DNA from: Squalus acanthias
Lineage: Eukaryota
Assembly (NCBI GenBank): GCA_030390025.1
Contig: CM059431.1
Span: 99,946,001 to 100,010,000, forward strand
Direction: 5' to 3'
Length of the DNA stretch: 64,000 nucleotides
Shown here: in pieces, positions 49,161-62,189 of the stretch
Layout of the letters: the number at the start of each line of letters is the position of its first letter
Position numbering within the stretch: the stretch's first letter is position 1
Notes under the pieces: generated by a model
What the model was told of the DNA's origin: nothing
Database searches by the model: none
What the model saw: only the letters and a program-made list of their open reading frames with translations
Translations under genes and position numbers: made by a program

Positions 49161-49452
49161 CTATATGACATGGCCAATGTGTAGAAATGCAGAGCTCCAA
49201 CAATGGCTTGTGTGGTGTACTGGATACTTTCTAGGCAGCGATTCAGTCGACTATCTGGAACAACTTAAGAGAGATAGGGGAGAGTTGGCAAGCTGTTTTC
49301 ACTGTTGATTAACTGGTCTCAGTGCTGACATACAATTTGCCCTGCAACTTGATGTTCCGAACTTTCCATCTGGAATACACAGTACTCAGCAAATATTCTT
49401 CATTTAACTGTGATTATGTATGGATTTCAGGCCTTGCTGAGTTAAAGACTAA

Positions 49453-50181
49453 GGGCTAGAAATTGGGTGCCTTAGCGCCAATGGGGCGCAAATGGCTTGG
49501 CGACCGGGCGCGGCACTGACATCGACTCCTGGCATATTCAGCGGGAGTTTTGCGCCGGCGCTACGGCGTTGCACCCCGATCTCCTTCGCCCGGAGACTGT
49601 GACGTCGTCACCTTGCGCATCGCCCCCGGTAGCGCCCCAGACCGGAAATTGACTTCCGCCCCCTGCAGCAGCGCCGGTCGAAAACACCGACAGCTGCAGG
49701 AGGCGCGCACCGGGCGGCTGGCCGCTTCGGGGGCGATGATTAAAGGCCAGGTGACCGAGGTAAATGGGAAAAATACTTACCTTTCCTGTTGACCTTTTTT
49801 TTGCGGGTTCCTGCCCGCGATCGATCAGCCCGGTGCTCAAGCAGAGGGCCGGGCTGGATGGCGGCTGCCTTGGGTGGTCCAGGTCGGTACTTTTTCTATT
49901 GCAGAGCCTGCAGCGATGACCCTTCCCCTTACGGCAGAGAAGGAGCCTTTGAACGCGGCGGCGCTGAGCGGCCCAGTGTGCAGCGCTGCTGAAGTCTCCG
50001 CCCCACCTGCTGACGATTGTGCTCCACGAAGGAAGTGGAGGGCTTGATTTAGCGCTCCACTTCAGTCTTGGGGTGCTAAAACCCAATTTCGCGGTCGCCG
50101 GCGCTAATTAGCGCCGGGTGCTAAAGTTAGCGCCCAGGCGATGTTAGCACCCCAAAATGTTCGATATTGAATTTTTCCCCC
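49453..50181. mobile_element. PIF/Harbinger-type MITE
   Basis: gggctagaaatt / aatttttccccc ends; canonical TAA TSD; tagcgcc subterminal repeats. Confidence 0.85.
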
Positions 50182-51531
50182 TAACATTTTGAAATGCTTA
50201 CTAAATTATTTTCATTCAAGTAGCTGACCACCTGACTATTCTACAAGACCCTGCACAGTCTCATCTGGAAACCCTTAAGCAGAATGAATATAAGAACATT
50301 GGAACAGGAGAAGGCCACTCAGCCCCCTGAGCCTGTTCCGCCATTCAATGAGATCATGGCTGATCTGTAACCTAACTCCAGCCACCCACCTTGATTCCAT
50401 ATCCCTTTATGCCCTTGTCTAGCAAAAATCTATCGATCTCAGATTTAAATTTATTAATTGAGCAGGAATCCATTGCTTTTTGTGGGAGGGAGCTCCACAC
50501 TTCTACCACCCTTTGCATGAAAATGTTTTCTTAACTTATCTCCTGGATGGCTGGCTCTGATTTTAAGGTTACTTCCCCTTGTCCTAGACTCCCCCCACCA
50601 GCGGAAAACTATTAATTCATTTCAAAATCCGAAAAGCCTCAATCAAATCACCCCTTAACCTTTTGTATAGTTATGTAATCTCTCCTCATGATCTAAACGG
50701 TCGGAGCCCCGGTGTCATTCTGGTGAATCTGCACTGCTCCCACTCCAAGGTCAATATATCCTTCCTGAGGTGCGGGGCCCAGAACTGCACACAGTGCTCC
50801 AGATGTGGGGCTCTTTCTCAGTATGTTGCCTGAGATAAAAGAGAAGAGAACCAAAGAGAAGAGAAAGCAAGAAAGAAAGAGAGAGAACGAACGAACGAAC
50901 TTGTATTTATATACTTTCACGACCTCAGGATGTCCCAAAGCGCTTTACAGCCAATGAAGTACTTTTGAAGTGTAGCCACTGTTGTATTGTGGTAAACGCG
51001 GCATCCAAATTGCGCACAGCAAGATCCCACAAACAGCAATGAGGTAATGATCTGTTTTTTTTTAGTGATGTTGGTTGAGGGATAAATATTGGCCCAGGAC
51101 ACCGGGGAGAACTCCCCTGCTCTTCAAAATAGTGCTATGGGATCTTTCACATCCACCTGAGAGGGCAGGTGTGAGCTCGGTTTAACGTCTCATCCAAAAG
51201 AGGGTGCATTTATATAGTGCCTTGCCATATAACGTCAAAAGCAAATCTTTGAAGCAACAGCAGTAGAAGACATTCTATTCTCCAGTAAGACAACAACAAG
51301 CATTACTGTTCCCAAGATAAAGGCAGCGATCACTGGCTCCATCCCATCAGTTTGGGCAGACTCTCCAATTCCTTGTGGGTAGAATTTCATAGCACAGAAC
51401 TGCTGATACTTCTGTAAAATTTGTAGGTCTCATGCAGAGAGCAGAACAAGGATGAATGCTGTGGGAAAAGGAAAATTTCTTGTTGTCACAGAATTGGTGC
51501 TCTTCAGATATTGGTGTTAAGGCACAATATT

Positions 51532-52255
51532 GGGCCGGATCTTGCTGGAGCAGTAATGGTATGTTAACGACGCACGCTGTAATTAATGCGTAAATCAGCC
51601 AGCGAGTTCAGGGGATGGGGAGATACGGCGTGAGTCGTGAATCTCCAGAACTCGCTGGTGGATTTACGTCGCTCCGCTGTTTGCTTCGCACAAACGGCAT
51701 CTCGCCCTCAACCTCACCGGTATTTTTAACAACTTGCTGGACTTGCACATCAATTGCCCATTAAACTCGCCGCAGAAAGTTAGGGCTGGAAATTAATAGC
51801 TTAAGTACCCTTTTAACAATGATAATTGTTAATGCGATGCCAATCAACCTCGCTGGCCCAGAAAGGGAACAATTTAAACTGTGGGGTCTCACTCCTACCA
51901 ATAATCAATTTTTACATTTTTTTCTTACTTTTCCTTTCTGTCTCTCTTTCTCTCTCTTGATCCAATCTTTCTTTCCCTCTCTTTATTTCTCTTTCTCTAC
52001 CTGATTTGACTCTAATTCACCCGATTTCCTTTTCCGTCGTTCCTCTGTTTCTTTCTCAATCCTTTAATCTCATGGGTTAAGGAGACAGACTGTTGGTCCC
52101 GTCATTCACCAAGGTCCCGGATGCCCCATTGCCCTCGTTGTGCCGTTATCAGCTCGCACTCCCAGTGAGTTACAGGGCAAAAAGTTGAAGGGTGAGGGAC
52201 AAAGTCTAACTAACGGGGCACGCCACGAGATGCCCCACTCCAGCAAGATCTGGCT
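51532..52255. mobile_element. Family B non-autonomous element (reverse orientation)
   Basis: gccggatcttgctggag / ctccagcaagatctggc TIR; TSD ATT. Confidence 0.8.
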
Positions 52256-52619
52256 ATTGGGATAGAGTACAGGGAGCTTTATTCTGCATCTATCCAGAAC
52301 TTGGAGTATTTGATGACCACATTGGATTCCCAAAGTGGGCCTTATTCAATTGCCCAATATTCACATCTGTTACTGATGCACAAAAAAACAGAAATTTTGA
52401 AAAATTATACAACTTTACCTAACGTGTTTTGGGGAGTAATTTCTCAAAACAATTTCCTGTTATCCTTTCTCTTTTACTGCATTTGTCCTATTTGTCTGCA
52501 TTAACCTCTGTTTAACTTTATGTACTTTCAATTTTTTGTCATTTGCCCGCTTTAGATCCCTTCCCTATGGCGTTGAACTGTTGCATGTTCGCAATACTGT
52601 TCTTAAATAAAGCAACTGG

Positions 52620-53120
52620 GCACCGTATTTTAGGAAGGCCCTGGAAAGGGTACAGAGGAGATTTACCAGAATGGTCCCAGGGATGAGGGACTTCAGTTAC
52701 GTGGAGAGACTGGAGAACCTGTGATTGCTCTCCTTCACGCTGAGAAGGTTAAGGGAGATTTGATAGAGGTGTTCAAAATCATGAGGGGTTTTGATAGAGT
52801 AAATAGTGGCAGGAGGGTCGGTAACCAGAGGACACAGATTTAAGGCGATTGGCAAAAGAAGCAGAGGCGACATGAGGAAACATATTTTATGCAGCGAGCT
52901 GTTGTGATCTGGAATGCGCTGCCTGAAAGGGCGGTGGAAGCAGATTCAATAGTAAATTTCAAAAGGCAATTGGATAAATACTTGAAATGGAAACATTTGC
53001 AGAGCTCTGGGGAAAGAGTAGGGGGGAGTGGGACTAATTGGAGAGCTCTTTCAAAGAGCCAGGACAGGCACGATGGGCCGAATGGCCTCCTTCTGTGCTG
53101 TATCATTCTCTGATTCTATG
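52620..53120 (+). mobile_element. CR1 3' fragment
   Basis: QRAVVIWNALPERAVEADS; tail tgattcta. Confidence 0.8.
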
Positions 53121-54194
53121 TGGAAGAACTGTCTGAGCTGGCTCATCTTTAATCCTTCTATTTATCCTTGAGAAAATCCCTGACCATTGCTTATTTCTTC
53201 CTCTTGTTGATGCAGATTGGCTCAGGAAAATACTTTGTGTGCAACTGTGGACACAATGCCTGATGCCATCACCCTGTGCCACAACACAAGAGCACCAATG
53301 AACAGTACCACCACATCCCTGCAATATCCCTCAAACAACATCATTAAAACACATGATCTGCTCATTATCACATTGCTGTCTGTGGGAGCTTGCTGAGCGC
53401 AAATTGGTTGCTGTGTTTCCCACATTACAACAGTGACTACACTGCAAAAAGTACTTCATTGGTTGTAAAGCACTTTGGGACGTCCTGAGGTCGTGAAAGG
53501 TGCTGTAGAAATGCAAGACTTTCTTTCTTTCGTTCATTTCTCAATTTACCTTATTATTGGGCGTGAGCGCAGAAACGCAACTGCTGGTCGCAAACAGTTA
53601 AGAGTTTTAAAACACCGAGAAATAATGTAAGGGCAGAACCGTGTAATTTACCAAAAATACAGTTAGGAATGACATTTCATTTTGTTTGGAGGCAGTGATT
53701 ACCATCATTATTTCTGCGGTCGGGTAGGGTAAAAGCCATAATCTCAGGGTTACTGGGTTCTTCACGGTTGAGTGATTCAACAAACAGCTGGCAAAATACA
53801 TATAGGATATAATTTAAAAGCATTGTCTCAATTGTGTTTTTTTGTTACTACCATGACTCAATGCAGTATTAATAGTTTTTTCTAATAGAACTAGATTTAT
53901 GTTCGTCAAATTGATAGTGACATCTCGTTAGCCCATATCCCACAAATGATGCTGAGAAGACGATTAACGAGATATCAGGAGGTGGAACCTGCACTGTTTA
54001 TGCCATTTCTTCAGAATAATGAAGGGTCTTGTTAAGGTAAATCGAGAGAAATCTATTGCAATTGGTCAGTGAGTTGGTTATTAGGCGTAAATTGAAGATC
54101 ATTAAAATAAAAAGGAAGAGGTTTGAAAAAACAATTTTATATCAGAAGCAGTGGTGGGAATAGAATGGAAAGAACGAAAGAAAGAATGAACGAA

Positions 54195-54445
54195 AGAAAA
54201 TAAAAACAGAAAATGCTGGAAACACTCAGCAGGTCAGGCAGCATCCGTGGAGAGAGAAACAGAGTCAACGTTTCAAGTTGATGACCTTTCATCAGAACTG
54301 GAAAAAGTTCGAGATGTAAGAAGTTTTAAGCAAGTGTAGGGGCAGGGAAAGGGGGGAGGGGAGGAAAGAACAAAAGGGAAGGTCTGTGATAGGATGGAAG
54401 GCAGGAGAGATTAAATGACAAATGGGATGATGGTGCGAGGCAGAA
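54195..54445 (-). mobile_element. Penelope-like pLTR fragment
   Basis: Homologous to 61707-61970. Confidence 0.8.
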
Positions 54446-54804
54446 GGAGATACTGACTTGCATTTATACAGCGCCTTTAGCGACCCCACAATGTCCCAAA
54501 GTGCTTTCAAGTAAAGCCTCAGAGCCTCATGGCTATCCTTATGAGTTTGACAAACCGTATTCCAAGATGGATCTCCGAAGCGATGCAGAGTCCAGTTTGA
54601 GAAAGGGAAGAGCAGATCAGGCCATTTCCCCCCAGGAGGGCCAGAAACTAACCTTGCATCAACTAACCTTGTTACCTCGCCCAACATGAGCAAACCTGCT
54701 ATCTCCAGATAAAACACTTCCTTCAGAACCCTGCAAAACTTTGTAGATCTCAGCCTGAGTTAACACTCTTGGAAAATTTCCCCCACTCCCCAACAATGTC
54801 TGTT

Positions 54805-55246
54805 AAATTACGAGGACAGGTTGCATAGACTAGGCTTGTATTCCCTTGAATATAGAAGATTAAGGAGTGACCTAATCAAGGTTTTTTAAGATGAATAAAG
54901 GAGTTGACAGGGTAGAGAGAGAGAAACTATTTCCTCTGGTGGGGGGAGTCCAGAACAAGGGGGCACAACCTTAAAATTAGAGCCAGGCCATTCAGGGGTG
55001 ATGTCAGGAAGCACTTCTTCACACAAAGGGTGGTGGAAATCTGGAACTCTCTCCCCCAAAAAACTGTTGAGGCTGGGGGTTCAATTGAAAAGTTCAAAAT
55101 TGAGATTGATAGATTTTTTGTTAGACACAGGTATTAAGGGTTACGGAACCAAGGCGGGGAGATGGAGTTAAGATACAGATCAGCCATGATCTCATTGAAT
55201 GGCGGAGCAGGCTCGAAGGGTTGAACGGCCTCCTCCTGTTCCTATG
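54805..55246 (+). mobile_element. CR1 3' fragment, followed by an L2 fragment (55262-55565)
   Basis: Homology to other CR1 and L2 copies in the window. Confidence 0.75.
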
Positions 55247-55784
55247 TGGATACATCTTCACCCTTTATTGTCTCCCGGTTAAGAAACGCCTCAATTTTAA
55301 AATTCTCATCCTTGTTTTCAAATCCCTCCATGGCCTCGCCCCTCTCTATCTCTGGAACCTCCTCCAGCCCTACAACCTTCCGAGATATCTGCGCTCCTCC
55401 AATTCTGGTCTCTCGCGCATCCCCGATTTTAATCGCTCCACCATTGGCGGCCGTGCCTTCAGCTGCCTCGGCCCTAAGCTCTGGAATTCCCTCCCTAAAC
55501 CTCTCCGCCTCTCTAGACCTCTCTCCTCCTTTAAGACGCTCATTAAAACCTCCCTCTTCCACCTGCTCTAGTATCTCCTTAACTGAAACTGAAAATGCTG
55601 GAAATACTCAGCAGGTCAGACAGCATCTGTGGCGAGAGAAACAGAGTTAATGTTTGAGGTCGATGACCCTTCGTCAGATGCTGCCTGACCTGCTGAATAT
55701 TTGCAGCATTTTCTGTTTTTATTTCAGATTTCCAGCATCCGCAGTATTTTGGTTTTGTCCTAATAACTCCTTATGTAAAAATGC

Positions 55785-57950
55785 TTAATTAGAGGAAGGC
55801 AAATTTCAGTGGTTTGAGAACAGATTGGCAGGCAAAATGGTAGTGGAACAATGGGCTGCCTTTAAAGAGGAAATAGTTCGGGTACAGTCGAGGTACATTC
55901 CCACTAGGGGGAAAGGCAGGGCAACTAAAGTCAGGGCTCCCTGGGTGATGAAAGAGATAGAGAGTAAGATGAAGCAGAGAAAGAGCGCGTATGACAGATG
56001 TCAGGTTGCAAATACATCTGAGAATCAGGCTAAATATAGAAAGTTCAGAGGAGAAGTGAAAAAGAAAATAAGAGGAGCAAAGAGAGAGTATGAGAATAGA
56101 ATGGCAGCCAACATAAAAGGGAATCCAAAGTCTTCTATAGGCATTTAAATAGTAAACGGGTAGTAAGAGGAGGGGTGGGGCCGATTAGGGACCAAAAAGG
56201 AGACCTATGCATGGAGGCAGAGTGCATGGCTGAGGTACTAAACGAGTACTTTGCATCTGTCTTCACCGAGGAAGAGAATGCTGCCATAGACATAGTGAAG
56301 GAGAAGGTAGTGGAGATACTGGATGGGATAAAAATTGATAAAGAGGAGGTATTAGAAAGACTGGCTGTACTTAAAGTAGATAAATCCCCAGGAGCGGATG
56401 GGATGCATCCTAGGATGCTGAGGGAAGTGAAGGAAGAAATCGCGGAGGTACTGGCCATAATATTCCAATCCTCCTTAGATACGGGGGTGGTGCCAGAGGA
56501 CTGGAGAATTGCAAATGTTACACCCTTGTTCAAAAAAGGCTGTAAAGATAAACCCAGCAACTATAGGCCGGTCAGTTTAACCTTGGTAGTGGGGAAGCTT
56601 TTAGAAACAATAATCCGGGCCAAAATTAACAGACACTTGGACAAGTGTGGATTAAGTAAGGAAAGCCAGCACGGATTTGTTAAAGGCAAATCATGTTTAA
56701 CTAACTTGATCGAGTTTTTTGATGAGGTAACAGAGAGGGTTGATGAGGGTAATGCGGTTGACGTGGTGTACATGGATTTCCAAAAGGCGTTCGACTAAGT
56801 ACCACATAATAGGTTTGCCAGCAAAGTTGAAGCCCATGGAATAAAAGGGACAGTAGCAGCATGGATACGGAATTGGCTAAGTGACAGGAAACAGAGAGTA
56901 GTGGTGAACAGTTGTTTTTCGGACTGGAGGAAGGTACACAGTGGTGTTCCCCAGGGGTCGGTACAAGGACCACTGTTTTTCTTGATGTATATTAATGACT
57001 TGGACGTGGGTGTACAGGGCACAATTTCAAAATTTGCAGATGACACAAAACTTGGAAGTATAGTGAATCAGTGAGGAGGATAGTGATAGACTTCAAGAGG
57101 ACATAGACAGGTTGGTGGAATGGGCAGACACGTGGCAGATGAAATTTAATGCAGAAAAGTGTGAAGTGATACATTTTGGTAGAAAGAATGAAGAGAGGAA
57201 ATATAAACTAAAGGGTACAATCCTAAAGGGGGTGCATGAACTGAGAGACCTAGGGGTATATGTGCCCAAATCGATGAAGATGGCAGGGCAGGTTGAGAAA
57301 TCAGTTAAAAACGCTTACGGGATCCTGAGCTTCATGAACAGAGGTATAAAGTACAAAAGCGTGGAAATTATGATGAACCTGTATAAAACACTGGTTCGGC
57401 CTCAACTGGAGTATTGTGTCCAATTCTGGGCACTGCACTTTAGGAAGAATGTGAAGGCCTTAGAGTGGGTGCAGAAAAGATTTACAAGAATGGTTCCAGG
57501 GATGAGGAACTTCAGTTACGTTGATAGACTGGAGAAGCTGGGGTTGTTCTCCTTGGAGCAGAGAAGGTTGAGAGGAGATTTGATAGAGGTGTTCAAAATC
57601 ATGAGGGGTCTGGACAGAGTAGATAGAGATAAATTGTTCTCATTGGCAGAAGGGTCGAAAACCAGAGGACACAGATTCAAGGTGATTGGCAGAACAACCA
57701 AAGGCGACATAAGAAAAAACTTTTTTACGCAGCGAGTGGTTGGGATCTGGAATGCACGGCCTGAGAGGGTGTTGGAGGCAGACTCAATCGTGGCTTTCAA
57801 AAGGGAATTGGATAAGTACCTGAAAGAAAAAAATTTGCAGGGCTGCGGGGAAAGGACGGGGAATGGGACTAGCTGAAGTGCTCTTGCAGAGAGCCGGCAC
57901 GGGCTCGACGGGGCAAATGGCCTCCTTCTGTGCTGTAACCATTCTATGTG
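55785..57950 (+). mobile_element. CR1 LINE, 2.2-kb 5'-truncated copy with degraded RT
   Basis: KSPGADGMHPRML, PEDWRIANVTPLFKKG, NYRPVSLT, QHGFVKGKSCLTNL, DFQKAFD; stops and frameshifts present. Confidence 0.93.
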
Positions 57951-60029
57951 ATTCTCTGTGATAAATACACGTTGTTGTTATATACTATTCTTACTTCCTT
58001 GACCAAGAACGGAACAGAAAACCTGCAGGAAGCCTGGAAACATGACCGAGGCTACCCGTTAAAGGGGAGGAATGGCAAAAGGGATTGAGTCGGAACCCTA
58101 GCCAGCACCACCTGCAGCAACAAGCAGGAAGACCAATTCAAAACCATACAATTCACATGCTGCACACCATACATATTCCACAAATTCCACCCCTCCTTAC
58201 AGATGACCACTGGGAGGAGGGGTGACGGGGGTGGGGAGAGTTGCAACGAGAAGGGCACCCTCCCCACTACATATTTTGGTCTTGTCCCTGCATCTAGCCA
58301 TTCAGGCTAGCAGTCGGAGAGATCACTAGGAACATAAGCAGCCGCACAATCCCAGAGGACCCAGCTCCATGCTTGATGGTCCAGCCACTGAGAGAAAGGG
58401 GCCCCCGTGCATCGAGTAAGTTAGCACATCTCTTGTTGCAAGCGGCAGGAAGATGCAGCCCATCTTCGTAGTGGGGTGCAGACCCATCCACAACAAACAT
58501 GGATGGAACTGAGAGGTTGTAACTCGCAGGAAAGATTGAACAGGCTGGGGGCTCTTCTCTCTAGAAAAGAGAAGGGGTGACCTGATGGAGGTCTTTAAGA
58601 TTATGAAGGGGTTCGATAGGGTAGACACAGAGAAGATGTTTCCACTTGTGGGGGAGACCAGAACTAGGGGCCATCAATATAAGATAGTCACTAATAAATC
58701 CAATAGGGAATTCAAGAGAATTTACCCAGAGAGTGGTGAGAATGTGGAACTCACTACCACAGGGAGTGGTTGAGGCGAATAGCACAGATGCATTTAAGGG
58801 GAAGCTAGATAAACACATGAGGGAGAAAGGAATAGAAGGTTATGTTGATGGGGTGAGATGAAGAGGGGTGGGAGGAGGCTGGTGTGGAGCAGAAACACCG
58901 GCACGGAGCAGTCGGGCCGAATGGCCTGTTTCTGTGCTGTAAATACTTTGTGATACTTTAGACACACAAGGAACGTCCATCAATCGGAGTGAATAACTGC
59001 CTGGATGTGGGAAAATACCAGGCAGCCTTGGACCCATCCAACACAAAGTACACCCTCAGCACAGCTACCCACCCCTTGCACAGGAGAAGCACCAACAGGA
59101 GCGCCAGTATTCAAGGCTCCTCTCCACCATCCCCATGCCTAACCGGCAAAACCCAAGACAAAATAAGCTGCCTTGGCCTCCTGACCCACATTCCTCCAAG
59201 TGTAAGCAGCCTGATGTAGCAGCACATTCACCGTCCAGCCACGGGGGGATGTGCAGTGACCTCAAACTAAGTAAGTGAATGTACAGTCTCATAAAATGAG
59301 TGTGATTGTAGACCTAAATATACAGTAATCTTGTAAAATATTGATATGAATATACCCTTGACTGTACAATGGCATCATAAAATATTTGAATGTATACCGA
59401 GATATAATAGTTTCATTAAATATCTGTATGAATGTTAAAAGATAAAGTCTAGTTCTTCTCTCCTTCCAATAAAACTCAATTTAAAAAACTCAAATTGTGA
59501 AAGAGCTACGAACCACACAGACCCGAATTCAAACATTAGTACATCAACCGAATCACGCCAGGTATTCCAGTTATCTTCAATTAGAGAAAATTTCCACATT
59601 TCAGCAACTGGCATTAGTATAAATGGAGTAGCACTTCAGTCCTGGTGTGACACCACATTTGAGCAACTCTTGAACCTGACCAAGCCCATCACATCCACAA
59701 CTTTGTGGCCCATGTGTTATCGTTAGGTCCACTCATGTGCATGTAAGATCGAGGACGGCCGGCTCTGGTTAGACGTATTCCTGGAGTTGTCACCACACAC
59801 TGGTCCATCTCCAACAGCCCCGGCCCCGTACACTCCCACGATTGGTCGCCCGGCATGTCCGTCCTCATGGTGCCCCGCCTTCCTGCACCAATTAGAAAGT
59901 GAGTTGACTCCTCGCTACACGATTGGCTGATTCCTGACTTTCAGTCAAACAGCCTACTTTTTTTCCCCCCCATCTCCAAAACTTTTATAAACAAAAGTGA
60001 TCAAAGAAAATGAAACCAAAACCAGACAA

Positions 60030-60795
60030 GGTCGTGGGTTCAAAGTCGCACTCCAGAGATTTGAGCACAAAAATCTAGGCTGACACTCCCAGTGCAGTGC
60101 TGAGGGAGTGCTGCACTGTCGGAGGGGCAGTACTGAGGGAGTGCTGCACTGTCGGAGGGGCAGTACTGAGGGAGTGCTGCACTGTCAGAGGGGCAGTACT
60201 GAGGGAGCGCTGCACTGTGGGAGGAGCGGTACTGAGGGAGCGCTGCACTGTCGGAGGGGCAGTACTGAGGGAGCGCTGCACTGTCAGAGGGGCAGTACTG
60301 AGGGAGTGCTGCACTGTCAGAGGGGCAGTACTGAGGGAGCGCTGTACTGTCGGAGGGGCAGTACTGAGGGAGCGCTGCACTGTCAGAGGGGCAGTACTGA
60401 GGGAGCGCCGCACTGCCGGAGGGGCAGTACTGAGGGAGCGCCGCACTGTCGTCTTTCGGATGAGATGTTAAACCGAGGCCCTGTCTGCTCTCTCAGGTGG
60501 ATGTAAAAATCCCATGGCACTATTTCGAAGAAGAGCAGGGAAGTTATCCTCGGTGTCCTGGCCAATATTTATTCCTCAACCAACATTTATTCCTCAACCA
60601 ACATCCCTTTAAAAAAAACCAGATTATCTGGTCATTGTCACATTGCTGTTTGTGGGATCTTGCTGTGCACAAATTGGCTGCCGCATTTCCTACATTACAA
60701 CAGTGACTACACGTCAAAAAGTACTTGATTGGCTGTAAAGCTTTGGGACGTCCGGTGGTCGTGAAAGGCGCTGTAGAAATGCAAGTCTTTCTTTT
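60030..60795 (+). mobile_element. DeuSINE with internal 33-bp minisatellite
   Basis: B-box gggttcaaag, array, Deu-like core, tail. Confidence 0.85.
60094..60450. repeat. 33-bp minisatellite, about 11 units
   Basis: Same unit as 1475-2992. Confidence 0.95.
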
Positions 60796-61036
60796 TTTGT
60801 TATTTTAACACCCTTATGATTTTTCTCCTGTGTTTAAGAACATAAGATTATAAGAAATAGTAGCAGGAGCAGACCATTCGGCTCCTCGAGCCTGCTCTGC
60901 CATTCAATAAGATCATGGCTGATCTTCGACCTCAGCTCCAAGTGTAAGCTGCCGGCAGTGTCCTGGAGAATTATCTTAAATTCCTGGAGACCCCAGGGCG
61001 CCCCCAGTAATACCTGACTCCAGATACGGCACGTAT

Positions 61037-61395
61037 GGGGTACGATAGCATAGTGGTTATGTTGCTGGACTAGTAATCCACAGGCCTAGACTAATCATCC
61101 GGCAGACGCCAGTTCAAATCCCACCATGGCAGCTGGGGAATTTAAATTCAGCTAATTTAATAAATCTGGAATTAAAAAGCTAGTATCGTCGTAAAAACCC
61201 ATCTGGTTCACTAATGTCCTTTAGGGAAGGAAATCTGCCGTCCTTACCCTATATGTGACTCTAGACCCACAGCAATGTGGTTGACTCTGAAATGGCCCAG
61301 CGAGTCACTCAGTTGTGTAAGGCAGATCGCCACCACCTTCTCGAGTGCAATTAGGGATGGGCAATAAATGCCGGTGCACGAAGGAATGATTAAAA
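61037..61395 (+). mobile_element. tRNA-headed SINE (same family as 42889-43270)
   Basis: tagcatagtgg A-box, agttcaaatccc B-box, shared body and tail. Confidence 0.75.
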
Positions 61396-61425
61396 AAAAA
61401 TACTGATGCAGTAGAAATTGTTTAC

Positions 61426-61628
61426 CTCCGCAAATCTTCCCATCGTAGCTTTCACAGACCCAGTCCTGGCACTCGCACCGAGAGCCATAGAATTTGCCTG
61501 GCTCATCGACGAGGCAGATACATATTCCACAATCGCACTGTCCTCTACCGCTGCAGATCAAACCATTCGCAGTTCGGCACTGCCGCTCCGACGCCTCCAG
61601 CGAGAGCTTGCAGGAACCAGAAGTTTGC
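61426..61628 (-). CDS. ITGBL1: Internal coding exon (exon 2 equivalent) of integrin beta-like protein 1; first EGF-like cysteine-rich repeats
   Basis: aag|G acceptor and G|gtaaac donor, 203 nt, phase 2 to 1; QTSGSCKLSLEASERQCRTANGLICSGRGQCDCGICICLVDEPGKFYGSRCECQDWVCESYDGKICG aligns by recall with human CRLSRAESERRC...[44 protein letters not shown]. Confidence 0.9.
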
Positions 61629-61771
61629 CTTTAAATCACATCACAGGGGGGGGGGAAATAGACATAATTTTAGAACAGATTAAACGCCCGAGAATATTTA
61701 ATACTTAAATAAAAATAGAAAATGCTGGAAATACTCAGCAGGTCAGGCAGCATCTGTGGAGAGAGAAACAG

Positions 61772-61808
61772 AGTCAACGTTTCAGGTCGATGACCCTTCG
61801 TCAGAACT
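61772..61808 (-). ncRNA. Minimal type I hammerhead ribozyme, sense to the ITGBL1 pre-mRNA
   Basis: Minus strand AGTT-CTGACGA-AGGGTC-ATC-GACCT-GAAA-CG-TT-GACT. Confidence 0.7.
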
Positions 61809-62152
61809 GGAAAAAGCTGGAGATGGAACAGGTTTTTAAGCAAGTGCAGGGGCAGGGAAAGGGGGGAGGGGAGGAAAGAACAAAAGGAAGGTCTGTGATA
61901 GGGTGGAAGGCAGGAGAGATTAAGGGACATTAAGAGATGGTGCAAGGCAAAAGGAGATGGTAATGAGACATTACCGTTACCATCTCCTTTTGTCCCATTA
62001 CCATCTCCTTTTGCCTTGCACCATCTCTTAATGTCCCTTAATCTCTCCTGCCTTCCACCCTATCACAGACCTTCCTTTTGTTCTTTCCTCCCCTCCCCCC
62101 TTTCCCTGCCCCTACATTTGCTTAAAAACCTGTTCCATCTCCAGCTTTTTCC

Positions 62153-62189
62153 AGTTCTGACGAAGGGTTATCGACCTGAAACGTTAACT
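62153..62189 (+). ncRNA. Minimal type I hammerhead ribozyme
   Basis: AGTT-CTGACGA-AGGGTT-ATC-GACCT-GAAA-CG-TT-AACT. Confidence 0.7.

Noticed and set aside
1..61400. ITGBL1 exon 3 or later exons
   Set aside because: No further CxCGxCxC-type coding segment was seen on the minus strand; they probably lie beyond the window start, though a short exon could have been missed.
61244..61425. C-terminal half of the ORF containing the ITGBL1 exon
   Set aside because: Read-through past the gtaaac donor into intron and SINE sequence.
61426..61628. True integrin beta subunit or tenascin as alternative identity
   Set aside because: Residue pattern (EPG.F.G..CEC..WVCE.YDG..C.G) and exon phases fit ITGBL1 specifically.
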